Part shown: in pieces, positions 1-10,100 of the stretch
Position numbering within the stretch: position 1 is the first letter of the stretch
Layout of the letters: the number at the start of each line of letters is the position of its first letter
The notes under the pieces: generated by a model
Told to the model about the DNA's origin: nothing
Databases searched by the model: none
What the model saw: only the letters and a program-made list of their open reading frames with translations
Translations under genes and position numbers: made by a program
NCBI GenBank assembly: GCA_965214935.1
Contig: CBDCCS010000001.1
Span: forward strand, 64,001 to 128,000
Direction: 5' to 3'
Length of the DNA stretch: 64,000 bases
From: Candidatus Velthaea sp.
Lineage (GTDB): Bacteria; Vulcanimicrobiota; Vulcanimicrobiia; Vulcanimicrobiales; Vulcanimicrobiaceae

Positions 1-407
1 ACAACGGCTCGCATGATCGCCTCGCAGCGCGCTACGTCGCGCAGGCAAGCGCTGCCGCCTTCGGTTTTCGTTACCTTCGGTGCCGGACAGCCGAAGTTGA
101 TGTCGACGATGTCGGCCCCGCACTCGCGTACGATCCGCGCCGCTTCGGCCATTATCGCCGGATCGCTGCCCCAAAGCTGGGTCGAAACCGGCTTCTCCAG
201 CCCGTGCTGATCGATCATGTCCATCGTGCGCTTGCTGCCGAACTGCAAAGCGTTCGAGCTAACAAACTCCGTAACGGTCAGACCGAAACCGAACGGACGG
301 TACAGCGCGCGCAACGTGCGATTTGTAACACCGGACATCGGAGCGAGGACGATCGGGGGCCAGATCTCATGCGGACCGATCCGCAGGGAAGGGACGACGC
401 GGGCCAT
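1..407 (-). CDS. dusB: tRNA-dihydrouridine synthase (runs off window edge; 5' part only)
   Basis: Manual translation from ATG at 407: MARVVPSLRIGPHEIWPPIVLAPMSGVTN...TEFVS...QLWGSDP...DIVDINFGCPAPKV...GGSACL, which carries the Dus LAPM and DINxGCP motifs. Not in the ORF track. Confidence 0.9.
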   Translation of the reverse strand, partial: MARVVPSLRIGPHEIWPPIVLAPMSGVTNRTLRALYRPFGFGLTVTEFVSSNALQFGSKRTMDMIDQHGLEKPVSTQLWGSDPAIMAEAARIVRECGADIVDINFGCPAPKVTKTEGGSACLRDVARCEAIMRAV

Positions 408-528
408 GACGCCCCAGTATAACGTGCTTTGATGAATTCGCCTAGGCGTCCGCCGCGTTTAACCGCCGGATGATGACCGGCGGCTCGGCCGCAGCCCCCG
501 CATGCGACAGACCGACAGACGCGATCCG

Positions 529-1302
529 TCAGCTTCGGGCAAGCGAGGCGTGATGCAAACGCAGACCGTCGAGCACTAGATTCGGCTCGACGCGTTCGAT
601 GATCTGCGTTTCGCGTGCGACGATGTCGGCTAGGCCGCCCGTGGCAATGACGCGGGCGGAAACGGCCATCTCGGCATGCAGTCGGGCGACGATTCCTTCG
701 GTTTGCGCGACGGCGCCATACACGATGCCCGACTGCAGCGCGGTAACGGTATCGCGACCGATTGCCGACGGCGGCGCAGCCAGCGCGATTTGCGGAAGTT
801 TCGCCGTGCGGGTCGCAAGCGCGTCGATCGAGATTTGAATGCCGGGTGCGATCGCAACACCGAGCAGCTGCCCGGCCGAATCGATCGCACAGTACGTCGT
901 CGCGGTGCCGAAATTAATGACGATGAGCGGCGGCGCGGCCGCCGCAACGCCGCCGATCGCGCCGGCGGCGAGATCCGCGCCCAGTTCATGCGGCCGATCG
1001 GTTCGGATCTCGATGAGGGTCTGCGCGGCGGCGCTAAAGGCGACGGGCTCGCAGCCGAAATACGTCCGGCACGCTTCGTACAACGAGCGGTCGACTTGCG
1101 GAACGACGCTGGCGATAACGATCGCCGAAACCGCCGTAAGCGCAAATCCGGCCGAAGCGAAGAACGAGGTGAAGAGCACGCCGTACTCATCGGATGTCCG
1201 GCGTTGAGCGGTCGTTGCGCGCCAGCGACCGACAATGCGCCCGCCGATGTCGAAATAGCCGAGCTTGGTATCGGTATTACCGACATCGATTGCGAGCAGC
1301 AC
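529..1302 (-). CDS. coaX: Type III pantothenate kinase
   Basis: LLAIDVGNTDTK N-terminus, LGAD and NFGTATT motifs; GTG start at 1302 just after the coaBC stop. Confidence 0.93.
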   Translation of the reverse strand: MLLAIDVGNTDTKLGYFDIGGRIVGRWRATTAQRRTSDEYGVLFTSFFASAGFALTAVSAIVIASVVPQVDRSLYEACRTYFGCEPVAFSAAAQTLIEIRTDRPHELGADLAAGAIGGVAAAAPPLIVINFGTATTYCAIDSAGQLLGVAIAPGIQISIDALATRTAKLPQIALAAPPSAIGRDTVTALQSGIVYGAVAQTEGIVARLHAEMAVSARVIATGGLADIVARETQIIERVEPNLVLDGLRLHHASLARS

Positions 1303-1307
1303 GCGAT

Positions 1308-2498
1308 TTAGCCGCGCTGCCGGCGAATCGCGGTAACGGCATCCCAAAAGCGGCCGGCCAACGCGCGCTTGGAGGCCCGGCCTAAGTCCCGGCGCTTGTC
1401 GCTGCCCCAAAGCAACGCCAATTCGCCACTACCCGTACCGAACGCATTCCCGCCGGCGACGTCGTTGACGGCGATAGCGTCAAGCCGTTTTTCGGCCAGC
1501 TTCGCCCGGGCATGACGTTCGGCATCGCGCGTTTCGGCGGCAAAGCCGACCAAAAACATACCGCGCTTCACTTCACCGAGTGCCGCCAAAATGTCCGGGT
1601 TTCGCTCGAGTGCGATGGGCTGCGGTTCGGCGCTCTTCTTTACTTTGTGTTCGTACGTCTGCGCGGGCCGCCAATCGGCAACCGCGGCCGTTGCAACGGC
1701 GACCGTGGCCTCTGCCGACCGGCTCAGCGTCGCGGCGAACATCTCGCGCGCCGTCGTCACGCGCACGACATCGGCGCCGGCCGGCGGCGGAACGAGCGTC
1801 GGGCCGAGGATGAGATCGACGCGCGCTCCGCGGGCGAGTGCTTCACGCGCTATTTCGATGCCCATCGTACCGGTCGACGCGTTGGACAAAAAGCGTACCG
1901 GATCGATCGCCTCGCGGGTCGGACCGGCGGTGATGACGACACGGTCGCCGGCGAGATCGTGCGTCCGCATCAGCGTCCGTTCGATCGCCGCGATGAGGGT
2001 GGCCTCGTCGGCGAGACGTCCGACGCCGTACTCGCGCTCGGCAAGATAGCCGTCGTCCGGATCCACGATCTCCGCACCACGCGAACGAAGAATCGCGAGA
2101 TTTGCCTGCGTTGCGGGGTGCTCGTACATCGCGGCGTTCATCGCCGGCGCGACGAGCAGCGGCACTCGCGCTGCTAACGCAACGTTCGTGAGCAAGTCGT
2201 CGGCGATACCGGCGGCAAGCCGGGCAATGACGTTTGCCGTCGCCGGTATGACGGCAACAATCTCGTTGTCGCGCGCTAGCGCGATGTGAGGAACAGCGGC
2301 TCGGTCGTCCCACAACGACGTATGCACCGCGCGATGCGTTAGGGCCGCAAACGTTAGCGGGGCAATGAAGCGCTGCGCGTCCCGGCTCATAACGACATCG
2401 ACGATCGCGCCGCGTTGCACGAGCCGGCTGACGAGCGCCGCAGCCTTATAGGCGGCGATGCCGCCGCAAACGCCTAAAAGGACGCGACGGCCGGTCAA
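1308..2498 (-). CDS. coaBC: Phosphopantothenoylcysteine decarboxylase / phosphopantothenate-cysteine ligase
   Basis: GGIAAYK, PATAN, PAMN, TAGPTRExIDPVRFLSN, AAVADW and GFAAET motifs. Confidence 0.95.
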   Translation of the reverse strand: MTGRRVLLGVCGGIAAYKAAALVSRLVQRGAIVDVVMSRDAQRFIAPLTFAALTHRAVHTSLWDDRAAVPHIALARDNEIVAVIPATANVIARLAAGIADDLLTNVALAARVPLLVAPAMNAAMYEHPATQANLAILRSRGAEIVDPDDGYLAEREYGVGRLADEATLIAAIERTLMRTHDLAGDRVVITAGPTREAIDPVRFLSNASTGTMGIEIAREALARGARVDLILGPTLVPPPAGADVVRVTTAREMFAATLSRSAEATVAVATAAVADWRPAQTYEHKVKKSAEPQPIALERNPDILAALGEVKRGMFLVGFAAETRDAERHARAKLAEKRLDAIAVNDVAGGNAFGTGSGELALLWGSDKRRDLGRASKRALAGRFWDAVTAIRRQRG

Positions 2499-2788
2499 TG
2501 TCGAATGACTCGAAGAAGTGTGCGCCCGACGGAGAATGGTTGACCGACATCGAGTGATTCTGTTCCCGCGACCGGATGGCCGTCGACTACCGTACCGTTC
2601 CGGCTCGCAAGATCAGTGAGTTGTAATTGGCCCGACTCCTCAGCCAACTTAGCATGCTTGCGTGAAATATACCGATCGATCGTAATGCAAGCCGTTGCGA
2701 CGGAATCATCCCGACCGATAGTGATCTCACGATCGAAGACCCACGTTTTACCGTCGAGCGGCCCACTCATCACTTCGAGGACATACAT
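2495..2788 (-). CDS. Stand-alone FHA-domain protein
   Basis: From ATG at 2788: IGR..., ISRKHA, DLASRNGTVVDG are the FHA signature residues; the stop overlaps the coaBC start. Confidence 0.85.
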   Translation of the reverse strand: MYVLEVMSGPLDGKTWVFDREITIGRDDSVATACITIDRYISRKHAKLAEESGQLQLTDLASRNGTVVDGHPVAGTESLDVGQPFSVGRTLLRVIRH

Positions 2789-2843
2789 CGCGTTGGGCGT
2801 TCGCCCGGCGACGACGCACGGACCTCCGCCGGTCAGGATAAAG

Positions 2844-3059
2844 ATGGTAGATAAACAGACGCCGATCGAGCCCGCAACCGTCGATCCGGAAAATCTACGC
2901 ACCGCCGAATTCGAGCAAACGCAAACCAAGCTTGATTCGCTCGTCGGTAAAACCGTCGTTGCAGCGCAGATCGAAGACACGCGCATCACCGTCACGACGA
3001 CCGACGGACAGGTCTATTTCTTTTACGGCTTTATGGGCGGTCGCGACGCCGGCGGCTAA
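2844..3059 (+). CDS. Small hypothetical protein (71 aa)
   Basis: ATG at 2844 after AGGA; protein-like composition (MVDKQTP...KLDSLVGKTVVAAQIEDTRITVTTTDGQVYFFYGF); fills the gap between flanking genes. Confidence 0.65.
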   Translation: MVDKQTPIEPATVDPENLRTAEFEQTQTKLDSLVGKTVVAAQIEDTRITVTTTDGQVYFFYGFMGGRDAGG

Positions 3060-4310
3060 TTACGCTGCGCGCATGACTTCAGTTGCGGCAACCGCCGCGC
3101 CGAGTGCCGCGTGTTCGGCCATGATGCCGCCCTGAAAGTACACGTCATACGGCTCGCGCAGCGGTGCGTCGCACGAGAGTTCGATTGTCGCGCCGCTCAC
3201 GAACGAACCGCCGGACATGATGACCAAGTCACGGTAACCCGGCACGGCACCGGGTTCGGGCATAAAGCGGGCGTTGATCGGTAACGTTCGTTGCAAGCCG
3301 CGTGCAAACGCCTTGAGTCGTTCAGGCGAACCGAGCCGGATCGCCTGAACGATATCGGCGCGCGCCGCCCCCGGGAACGGATCGACGGTAAAGCCCAGTT
3401 CGGCAAAAAGCGCGGCGGCAAAATTTAAGCCGCGCAGCGTCTCGCCGACCACGAGCGGAGCGTAGAACAAGCCTTGAATGAACGCCCGCCCGAGGCCGAG
3501 CGTCGGGCCGAGTCCGGCGCCGATACCAGGGGCGTAAATACGGGTGGCAATGCGATCGATCAAGTCGGCTCTGCCGGCGATGTATCCGCCCGTCGGAGCG
3601 ATGCCGCCGCCGATATTCTTAATAAGCGAGCCGATGATAAGATCGGCGCCGGCGGCAAGCGGTTCGCGCGCTTCGACGAGCTCGCCATAGCAATTATCGA
3701 CGACAATCGGCAGCGTTGCGTCAACTGCACGCACGCGCGAAATCGTGCGCTCGATGTCGTCGACCGAAAGCGAGCGCCGCACGGCATAGCCGCGCGAACG
3801 CTGCACGAACATAACCGCCGGGCGGTGCCGGCGCACGGCAGCGACGAGCGCGGCATCATCCGTTACGCCGCCGGCCGTACGCGGCACATCGACGTACCGT
3901 ACTCCGCGCGCGACGAGCGAATGAGGTGCTTGCGTTATTGCATAGTGGAGCGTATCGTACGGAGCACCGTTCGCGCACAGCAGCGTCTCACCGGGACGCG
4001 TCAACGCATCGAGGCTTGCAACGATTGCGTGCGTACCGCTAACGATCGACAGCCGGGCTAGGACCTTTTCCGCCTCAAAGTACCGCGCCAACAGTGATTC
4101 GTAGCGGTCGCGCGTCGGATCGTCGTAACCGTAGCCGGTGCTGCCGGCAAGGTCGCTTTCCGTTATCCCTTCGGCCAAGAACGCCGCGATCACGCGCATT
4201 TTCACCGCAACACGAGCCGGGTCGACGCAGCTTAGATACGGCACAGCAACCTGCGCTGCGGAGCGCACGCGCTCGTCGATGTCGTGCCCGGCGAACAGCG
4301 CATCGATCAC
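3060..4310 (-). CDS. PLP-dependent methionine gamma-lyase-like / YnbB (aluminium-resistance) family protein
   Basis: STGYGYDD, IVSGTHAI, QRSRGY, VDNCYGE and GSLIKNIGGG (PLP Lys) motifs. Confidence 0.9.
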   Translation of the reverse strand: MIDALFAGHDIDERVRSAAQVAVPYLSCVDPARVAVKMRVIAAFLAEGITESDLAGSTGYGYDDPTRDRYESLLARYFEAEKVLARLSIVSGTHAIVASLDALTRPGETLLCANGAPYDTLHYAITQAPHSLVARGVRYVDVPRTAGGVTDDAALVAAVRRHRPAVMFVQRSRGYAVRRSLSVDDIERTISRVRAVDATLPIVVDNCYGELVEAREPLAAGADLIIGSLIKNIGGGIAPTGGYIAGRADLIDRIATRIYAPGIGAGLGPTLGLGRAFIQGLFYAPLVVGETLRGLNFAAALFAELGFTVDPFPGAARADIVQAIRLGSPERLKAFARGLQRTLPINARFMPEPGAVPGYRDLVIMSGGSFVSGATIELSCDAPLREPYDVYFQGGIMAEHAALGAAVAATEVMRAA

Positions 4311-5584
4311 CGCGGCGCGCGAGCGGCGGTTGCGGGCACCGCATCAGGCACGGTTTCTTTGTGCAGTTCCGCCCGTTCGAAGATCCGGACGAACGGCGCG
4401 TAAATAGCCGTAGCGATTGCGATGTTGACGATCGCGAGCACGACCGAGCGCCAGTCGAAGGTTGCCAGCACGACGCTGATAACCGTCGGGATCGATGATG
4501 GCACGTAGAAGGCAGGCGGCCGCACCAGACCGGCCTTCATCGCAATGTATGTCGTCGTCGCTAGGATGCCCGGTGCGCAGACGAATGGGATGGCAAGATA
4601 CGCATTAAAAACGAGCGGCACACCTAAGATGAGCGGTTCGTTCGTATTTATGAGCGACGGGCCGATCGAGGCCAGCGCAATCTTCTTGAGCCGGGCGCTT
4701 TTCGAGCGCAACAGCAGCAGGGCCAGCGGCAACGTCGCACCCGCGCCGCCCGGGAACACGAAGAGGAACGTCGACACGACGACGATGTGGCTCAACGGGG
4801 CGCCATGCGAATACTCGGCGGTGTTCGCAAACTGCAAGCGCAGATAGATCGGTGTCACGACCGCCGCTAGAAGCGCCGGCCCGTGAATGCCGACGAGCCA
4901 CAGAGCGGCTTGCAATACCGTTATAACCAGCAGTGCCGTATACGTATCGCCCAGATTGCCCAGTGGCTCGATCGCGGTTGCAAGCGCGCGCGCAAGCGAA
5001 AGATGTAATTCAAAAGCGCCGAAGGCAAGTGCGACGATAGCAAGCGCGCCGCACCACATGTAACGCCGGCCCAATTGAACGCGCGCAAGTGAAAGCGCGC
5101 CGGCAGTCAGCAGCGCCACGACGATGGCGAGGAATAACCCGCTGGCGCCTAATGCCAACGCGTAATCGGAGATTTTCGCGCCGCGCGGATGCGGCATTGA
5201 AAACGCAAAGACGCTCAGCGCTGCCGTCAGCATGAGCCATATCGGATAGTGCAAGCGGCGTGCGAGCACGGTGGCTAATGCGAAGATCAGCACGATCGAC
5301 ATCGTGGTAAAGCCGACATCGAGCGTCAGCACCAGGCGCGCCGATGAGAATGCATCGCGGAAGCGAGCTACGATGCTGCCGCGTTCGGCGAAGATAAGAA
5401 ATGCGGCGAGGCCTGCGATCAGCCCAACGAAACTAAATGGTAACGCATCGCGTAGCGCGAGAATCGCCGGAACATCGCCGAAGCGCTCGGCGAACGGCTC
5501 GAGCCGCGCTTCGAGCCACCGAAAAAACGGGTTGAGATTAGAGTCTGCGGACGACTGCCTCGACCCGTCCGACGATGGTGACAT
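4307..5584 (-). CDS. PTS lactose/cellobiose-family EIIC permease (start uncertain)
   Basis: Multiple TM helices; ALRDA, LWLVGIHG, GGAGATL, NTNEPLILGVPLVFN and IYAPF motifs. Confidence 0.85.
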   Translation of the reverse strand: MSPSSDGSRQSSADSNLNPFFRWLEARLEPFAERFGDVPAILALRDALPFSFVGLIAGLAAFLIFAERGSIVARFRDAFSSARLVLTLDVGFTTMSIVLIFALATVLARRLHYPIWLMLTAALSVFAFSMPHPRGAKISDYALALGASGLFLAIVVALLTAGALSLARVQLGRRYMWCGALAIVALAFGAFELHLSLARALATAIEPLGNLGDTYTALLVITVLQAALWLVGIHGPALLAAVVTPIYLRLQFANTAEYSHGAPLSHIVVVSTFLFVFPGGAGATLPLALLLLRSKSARLKKIALASIGPSLINTNEPLILGVPLVFNAYLAIPFVCAPGILATTTYIAMKAGLVRPPAFYVPSSIPTVISVVLATFDWRSVVLAIVNIAIATAIYAPFVRIFERAELHKETVPDAVPATAARAPR

Positions 5585-6182
5585 CGTCCGCGTAGATTGG
5601 CGCCATGGTAGAATTCTCCGGTTGTAAGCGCACGCGTCCGGCTTCACGATAGAAGCGTTTGACGGTCGCTTCACCATCGATCATTGCAACGACGATTTCG
5701 CCGTTCGTTGCATCCGGCCGCGGCTCGACGACAATGAGGTCGCCATCCAGAATCGCAGCATCGATCATCGAATCGCCTTGAACGCGTAACATGAACGTTC
5801 CGGAACGGCGCACGAAGCTGGCCGGCAGAATAAACGTTTCTTCGTAGTTTTCGGCCGCCGTAATCGGCACGCCGGCGGCCACGCGCCCGACGATCGGCAA
5901 GGTAGCGGCGTCACTCCGTTCGCTCACGAGCGCCGGACCAGACGGCGGCGCCGACGGGCGAACGTAATCATGTGCGACGAGCGCTCGCGGTTTGGTCGGG
6001 TCGCGCCGCAACAGTCCCTGACGCTCCAAGCTCTTGAGGTGCGACTGGACCGTCGACGAGGACGAGAGCCCGACGCGCTCGCCAATCTCGCGCACCGACG
6101 GCGGGTAGCCCCGTTCGGCCGAGTATTCGCGAATCACATCGAGAATGCGCAGCTGCTTCTCCGTCGTCGCTCGCTCCGACAT
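5538..6182 (-). CDS. lexA: SOS repressor LexA
   Basis: GYPPSVREI HTH, VAAG autocleavage site, GDSM Ser, EATVK Lys; GGAGG RBS before the ATG at 6182. Confidence 0.97.
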   Translation of the reverse strand: MSERATTEKQLRILDVIREYSAERGYPPSVREIGERVGLSSSSTVQSHLKSLERQGLLRRDPTKPRALVAHDYVRPSAPPSGPALVSERSDAATLPIVGRVAAGVPITAAENYEETFILPASFVRRSGTFMLRVQGDSMIDAAILDGDLIVVEPRPDATNGEIVVAMIDGEATVKRFYREAGRVRLQPENSTMAPIYADDVTIVGRVEAVVRRL

Positions 6183-6294
6183 ACGAACCTCCAAAATCCG
6201 GCAGCATGCGTTTCAGCAATGCCACCCAGTAGGCACAATGCATCCGTACACTGGCCGTTATTAGCTTTAGCTTACCAGAGTCAGCGCGAAAGGG

Positions 6295-6308
6295 CAAACA
6301 TATGTTCG
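6295..6308. promoter_or_regulatory. LexA box (one mismatch): CAAAC-ATAT-GTTCG
   Basis: Matches CGAAC-N4-GTTCG except at one position; lies between divergent lexA and the yneA-like gene. Confidence 0.75.
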
Positions 6309-6316
6309 CGCAATGC

Positions 6317-6346
6317 TTGACGATGGCGTAACGATCGAGCTAAGAT
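6317..6346 (+). promoter_or_regulatory. Sigma70-type promoter TTGACG-N18-TAAGAT for the LysM gene
   Basis: Near-consensus -35/-10 flanked by two SOS boxes. Confidence 0.6.
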
Positions 6347-6354
6347 CTTGGGGG

Positions 6355-6368
6355 CGAACAGCCGTTCG
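6355..6368. promoter_or_regulatory. LexA box (perfect): CGAAC-AGCC-GTTCG
   Basis: Exact consensus match, extended palindrome GGGGCGAAC...GTTCGCCCC, just downstream of the -10 element. Confidence 0.88.
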
Positions 6369-6393
6369 CCCCTACATCTAGGAAGTAGCAGCA

Positions 6394-6681
6394 GTGCAAA
6401 CTCAGCATAATAAAAATTTTACGCTCATGCCGTTGGTCGCACTTGGCGTCTTGAGTCTTGCTGCAACGCTGCCCGTCATTTCCGCCGCAACCATTCATGC
6501 CGCGCCGCCACAACACTACCGGACCGTCGTAATCGCACCGGGTGATAACATCTGGTCGCTCGCCGCGGAACGAGCCGGCAAAGGCGCCGATATTCAGGCC
6601 GTCGTGGATGAGATTGTCGCCGTCAACCATATCGGCAGCAGCGGCTTAACTCCCGGACAGCGCATCCGCATCCCGCAATAG
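6394..6681 (+). CDS. LysM membrane protein, YneA-like SOS cell-division inhibitor
   Basis: N-terminal TM helix plus LysM (IAPGDNIWSLA...LTPGQRIRIP); divergent from lexA and behind SOS boxes, as for Bacillus yneA. Confidence 0.8.
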   Translation: MQTQHNKNFTLMPLVALGVLSLAATLPVISAATIHAAPPQHYRTVVIAPGDNIWSLAAERAGKGADIQAVVDEIVAVNHIGSSGLTPGQRIRIPQ

Positions 6682-6772
6682 CGCCGCTATGCCGGCGGTG
6701 AGTCGCCGAACGTCGGCAGTCCGGCTCGTCAACGGATCCGCCAAGCCGGCAGCAGGCGAAAGGGTCCTCGAG

Positions 6773-6982
6773 CTAAGGTCGCTGCGTTATGACGACACTA
6801 TGACCATCGTGCCGATCGAGAAATTGCAAGCCGTCGACAATCCAGGTGTCTAAACCGCCGCTAACGTGCTTAGCGACTTCTAGGACGATGTGCCGCCGAT
6901 TGCGCAGCCACGAGAGTTCCGACCGAGTCGTCGCGGGAAAAATAGCTTCCTCGCATTCCTCACAGTGATATCCGGCTTGCAC
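6773..6982 (-). CDS. Small hypothetical protein with putative zinc site (CxxC...HxxH)
   Basis: HCEEC near the N-terminus and HDGH near the C-terminus; fits an intergenic gap. Confidence 0.6.
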   Translation of the reverse strand: MQAGYHCEECEEAIFPATTRSELSWLRNRRHIVLEVAKHVSGGLDTWIVDGLQFLDRHDGHSVVITQRP

Positions 6983-7073
6983 CGACGGACGATACAGAGA
7001 AAACGAAAAAAGCCCTTCGCACCGGTGCAGTCGTAGTGACGCTCGCGGCGGCGTTTTGCAACTAGCGCAAATG

Positions 7074-7104
7074 AAAACGAGCCCCGTTCCCGGGGCTCGT
7101 TTTT
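7074..7104. terminator. Rho-independent terminator downstream of the TonB receptor gene
   Basis: AAAACGAGCCCCG-TTCC-CGGGGCTCGTTTTT perfect hairpin with A and T tails. Confidence 0.85.
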
Positions 7105-7121
7105 ACTCGCAACGACGGACT

Positions 7122-10100
7122 TTAGATCTTGATACGAGCCTCAACGAACACTCCGAACGGGAGCGCACTGTAGACCGGGTTGTAGGGGGTCGCCAAGAAC
7201 GGCTGCAACGGACCGTCACCGGGATTGTAGACATTGCCGATCGGCGTGATACCGCCGCCGGCGCCGCTGGTGAGCCCATAAGATTGAGCTCCGGCAACTT
7301 GGAATCCGGCTGGACTTGAGCCACCAAAGTACCGCGTGTAGATATTTGCAAACGTACCAACAACCGTAACCCGCTTGGTGATGTCATAGCTTAGCTGAAG
7401 ATTCGCCTGCAGGAACGACGGCTGCACGAAAGCACCGAGCGCATCAAAGCGGTTCGTGTAGAGATCAGGGATCGGAATGGTAGCCTGAGCCGTCGAGGAG
7501 TCGTAGGGTGAACCGTTTGGACCAGGTGAACCAAACGCCGCATAACGTGGATCGCCGACCGTCGATCCGGGCAATACACCGGTAATTTGATCCGGGGCGA
7601 TTCCCGGCGTGTTCTCCGGCGTTCCATAGCGCTGACCTGCGTTGAATTGCAACGCCGGCGTAATGGTCAACGGACCGTGTTTGTATTGCACGAGCAACGT
7701 TGCGACATATGGCGCGCCGTACGTCGTTGCGACCGAACCGATACCGCCCGGGAAGGTATCGAATGTCGGAAAGTTGCCGTTCGGATCGAGCAGCCCTTGT
7801 ACGGGCGCATTGTAGTACGGGTTGGCCACATAGCCCGGCCCGCCGGTTGCCGAACCGACGCCGGGGGCTCCGGTCGTCGCATTGGCAAGCGAATAATATG
7901 GGAAACCGCCGCCGCCCTTCGTATACGAGTTGAAGGTGCTGATTGCAGCGTTGATCGGATCGACCACCGACGTGCCGGTCGGCGTCCGAGTGTAGCGAAT
8001 GTAGCTGTTCGTATACGTTGCCGACAGCTTCGCGGCAAAACCATTGCGCGCAAAGTCGCCCTTATCAAGCTCGAATTCAAAACCTTCGGACGTTTGCTGT
8101 CCGACGTTCAAGCCGGAGATGAAGCCGGTGCGTTGGTCGAGATAGAAATTCTGAATTTGATCTTGGGTCTTCCGTAAGAACGGCGTCGCTTTGATCGCGA
8201 AATTTCCGCCGAACTGCTTTTCGACCGAGAAGTCGTAGTTGTTCGAGGTCGGCGGCCGGACGTTATGTCCGGGCGTCGTCGGCAACCCGTTGGCTCCGAA
8301 GTTGATGAGGTTGCCGAGATTATTCGGCTGCAGATAGTTGTATTGTTCGTATGCTGCGTTCGGCGCTTGAGCGTACCGCCCGTAGCTGCCACGTACGACC
8401 GTCGTCGGATCGAGCGTGTATGTAAAACCAAGGCGCGGCTGAAACACCGGATAGGTATTCGTGTTTCCCGTTCCGGCCGGATCGAATGCCAATGGGACAA
8501 CGCCATTCGCAGCGGCTTGGCTGTTGTAGGCATTATGGAACAGCGCACGGGCACCCGAGTTCGCCGTGTTCGATCCAACGAACTGAAACAAGTCGTAGCG
8601 CAGCCCGACGTTGATGTCGAGCTTGGTCGTCGGACGGAAATCATCCGTTATCGACGCGCTGTAAAAATGCGGCTTGACCTGATTGTAGCTCGCGGCTGGT
8701 CCGCCGGCTACGATCGTATACTGGCATGGCCCGCCGCCGCACGTGACACCAGCAGCCGGAACAGCAGCCGTGCCACTAAGGATTTGGCCGACGGTAAGCT
8801 TTTGAAATGGAGTGCCCGTGGCGCTATAGTTGCAACCAGGCACCGCAACACCGGCGATCGTATAGCAAATTCCGCTGTACGGGTCGGCGCCGTCGACGAG
8901 ATAACCGACAGCCGATTTCGACGTCGTACCGGCAGCGCCGAAGCCGATACCCGAATTATTATAGCGGGTCGAATTCGCGCCGGTGAGCGAGCCTTGAACC
9001 GATAACAGGTTCTTGTCGTTGATCTGATCGGCGAACTGTAAGCTTACGCCGCGCGTGTGGCTGTTGAGTTCGTAATCTGAAGAAGAATAGCCGACATAGT
9101 TCTGTAGGGTAGAACTCGGTCCGTTTTCAAGCCAATCGGAATAATACGTATAGCCATAAAGCCGGACGTAAGCGTTCGATCCGAAGTTGTGCTGATACTG
9201 GACTTTAAAGACGTTCTGATCGTTGACGAACTGATCTTCGAGGTTCGGCGGAATCGCGGCACCAAAAGGGCGCTGCTGTGACGAGAACGGGTACAGATAC
9301 GGCGAAATAACGCCGCCACCGGTGTAACCGACCGGCAACAACGTTCCGTATGGAACCTGCGCCTGATAACCATCGAGGTAGGTCGGCGTTCCGAGACCGA
9401 TGGCGTTGAGGAACGCATAACCGCCCTGATCGTTCGGCGACGTGTAGCCGTCGTTCGTGAGGTGATTGATATCCAGCAACAACTGGACGTCGTCCTTATT
9501 ACCATCTTTGCGCGGAATACCAAAATGCAAATTTACGATGCTGTCGCGTTGTTCGGTTCGCGACTGCAGATCGATATTGTACGGCCCTAAAACGTAAGCA
9601 CCGGCCGGGTTGTACGGGGTGCCGTTGGCCGTAAAACACGACGGGGCAACAGCCTGGGTCAGCCCGGCGCATGTCGCGAGCGGCGTCCCGAAGGTGTTTT
9701 GCAGACTTGCACCGTTGAACTGATCGCCGTACCGGTATTGCTGGTCGTAGCCACCCAAACCGACGTAGTAAGAGAAGGTACGAGCGGGGTTGGCACCGCC
9801 GACTTCAAACGCCGTCTTGTGATAAAACGCCGGACCACCGTCGGCAACGCTGAGCTGTTGAAAGGCCGGCGAGCTTCCGGTTTTGATAACCTGATTGACA
9901 AAGCCCGACAAACCGGATGCCTCGGCATTTGCCGGAGCGGCGCCGGTGTAGACTTGAACTTCCTGCTGTCCGAGTGACGAAAGCGACGTCGACGGGTAGT
10001 TGTCGAACGAACGATTGACGGGGATCCCGTCGAGTTCGTAGCCGATTTGATCGTAATCGCCGCCGCGGATGCTCAACGACGGACTGGCTCCGATATACCC

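Noticed and set aside
463..484. CCGCCGG/CCGGCGG hairpin as a terminator between coaX and dusB
   Set aside because: Only a 2-T tail on the coding strand; too weak to call.
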